A DNA stretch of 62,568 nucleotides, counting the filler, from Rhabdomonas costata (Eukaryota), in NCBI GenBank assembly GCA_019059605.1. It is 35 parts of 35 records of this genome, joined end to end, with 100 filler letters (N's around TTAATTAATTAA, not from the genome) between each part and the next. Parts side by side here need not be neighbours in the genome. Positions count along the whole stretch, not along the records: positions 60,879 to 62,568 come from JAHMHO010010625.1; 34 more parts are not named here. One strand, written 5' to 3'. Made by a program: the position numbers and the translations under genes. Within the stretch, counting starts at the first letter, position 1. Each line of letters begins with the position of its first letter. Of the stretch, positions 61,562 to 62,568 are shown one piece after another. Below the pieces are notes generated by a model. That model saw only the letters and a list, made by a program, of their open reading frames with translations, was not told the DNA's origin and did not search any database.

Positions 61562-62568
61562 GTACCCCGTTCTTTTTCTTTTTGCTTATTCCAACACGCC
61601 CGGAAAACCATGCCTTATTTGCTCACGGGAACCAAGGATCAGCAGCTCTCGTGCCATTCTAACGCGGCACAACACAGCCGATGAAAATGCCCCTGTCATC
61701 GCCTTCACGGTCCTTTCTTACGGCTATGGGTGGTTTTGTAGGACGTGAACCGAATGTCATTTTCGGCCGTTAAACTTCCTGGACTCTGCATACGACTGCG
61801 GTATCTGATAGGTGTCGATGGTTTCAATGCACCTCATTGCCCTATTTTCTTACTGGAGCGAGAAGAAGGAGGGGCGGATTTACTGGCGATGATTCAAGCC
61901 CTTCAGGCCAGACAAAGCCTAATTCCGACTCAACGCCACTTGTTTTGCCCCGAATCGCGGCAGCTCATTGACAATTCTAATCGCGAATGTACACTCGCTC
62001 GTGAACTTGCCTCTGAACCCTCTTTGAAGGACAAAGTGCGTAAACTGCAAAATAAGGGAGAAAGGGCCCCGGGGCGCTGAAATGCCCTAATCACACAGAA
62101 AAAAAAAGGGTCAATAATTCAAGATCTTTTTGCCTCTCCGTCATCGGAACTCCTGTTACCCTCCCCAAGACGAGGCTTACCCCTAAGTAATTATTTTGTG
62201 TCGTCGCCACCCCACTCATCCACGTTTACCTATAAATTGCTTCTTTTTCATCAATTTTGGCATAAAAACCATCGTTTACCCCTAAGTTTGGCCTTTTTGG
62301 CTGGAAAAAGCCGATTCGAGCACTTTTCGCGGTTGCTGTGCAAAGCATACGTGCCCCCCTTTCCGCATGTAGTCAATGTTATTTCACAATGGGGCACCCA
62401 GCCTACGCTAAAAGTCAGCATTGACCCAATGGGGGAAAGGGGTGTTCGAGCTGGGGAATTATTGACCCTAAAAAGTGCAATTTAAAATCGAGCTTTGTCA
62501 GCTGTTGTGGGTGCTGTCATAGCTCGATTTTAAATTGCACTTTTTAGGGTCAATAATTCCCCACCAAC

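Noticed and set aside
1..62568. Uniform ~1.69-kb units with G/T-rich and A/C-rich ends read as nanochromosomes or minicircles with telomeres
   Set aside because: The ends are not a fixed repeat, genes are cut mid-exon, and the uniform length reflects a size-sorted assembly. Amplification primer remnants explain the ends.

Overview
This window is not a contiguous locus. It is 35 unrelated contigs of about 1.69 kb joined by 34 artificial 100-nt spacers (44 N + TTAATTAATTAA + 44 N), so adjacency across spacers carries no biological meaning. Most contigs start with a G/T-only run and end with an A/C-only run, and at least seven carry a terminal fold-back. This is the signature of semi-random-primer whole-genome amplification. 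The DNA is from an intron-rich eukaryote with GC3-rich exons and mostly GT-AG introns, plus a few candidate GC-AG introns. I infer a euglenozoan, probably a euglenid, from a spliced bacterial-type aconitase B, euglenozoan-style CCCH and cyclase-like proteins, and splice-acceptor-like sites just upstream of start codons. Recognisable gene fragments are AcnB, a DYRK kinase, an ABCG/PDR transporter, eIF3m, neuferricin (CYB5D2), a FAXC/metaxin-like GST, an MFS transporter, and WD40, F-box/LRR, EF-hand, CCCH, DUF229-like and SIR2_2-domain proteins. The most interesting items are an uninterrupted Helitron2-like HUH Rep ORF, a spliced SIR2_2 gene related to bacterial defence NADases, the intron-bearing AcnB, and two probable pseudo-enzymes (a cyclase fold and a DEDDh fold). 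No multi-gene novel system can be supported from fragments this short. All family assignments come from motif recognition by eye, not from database searches.
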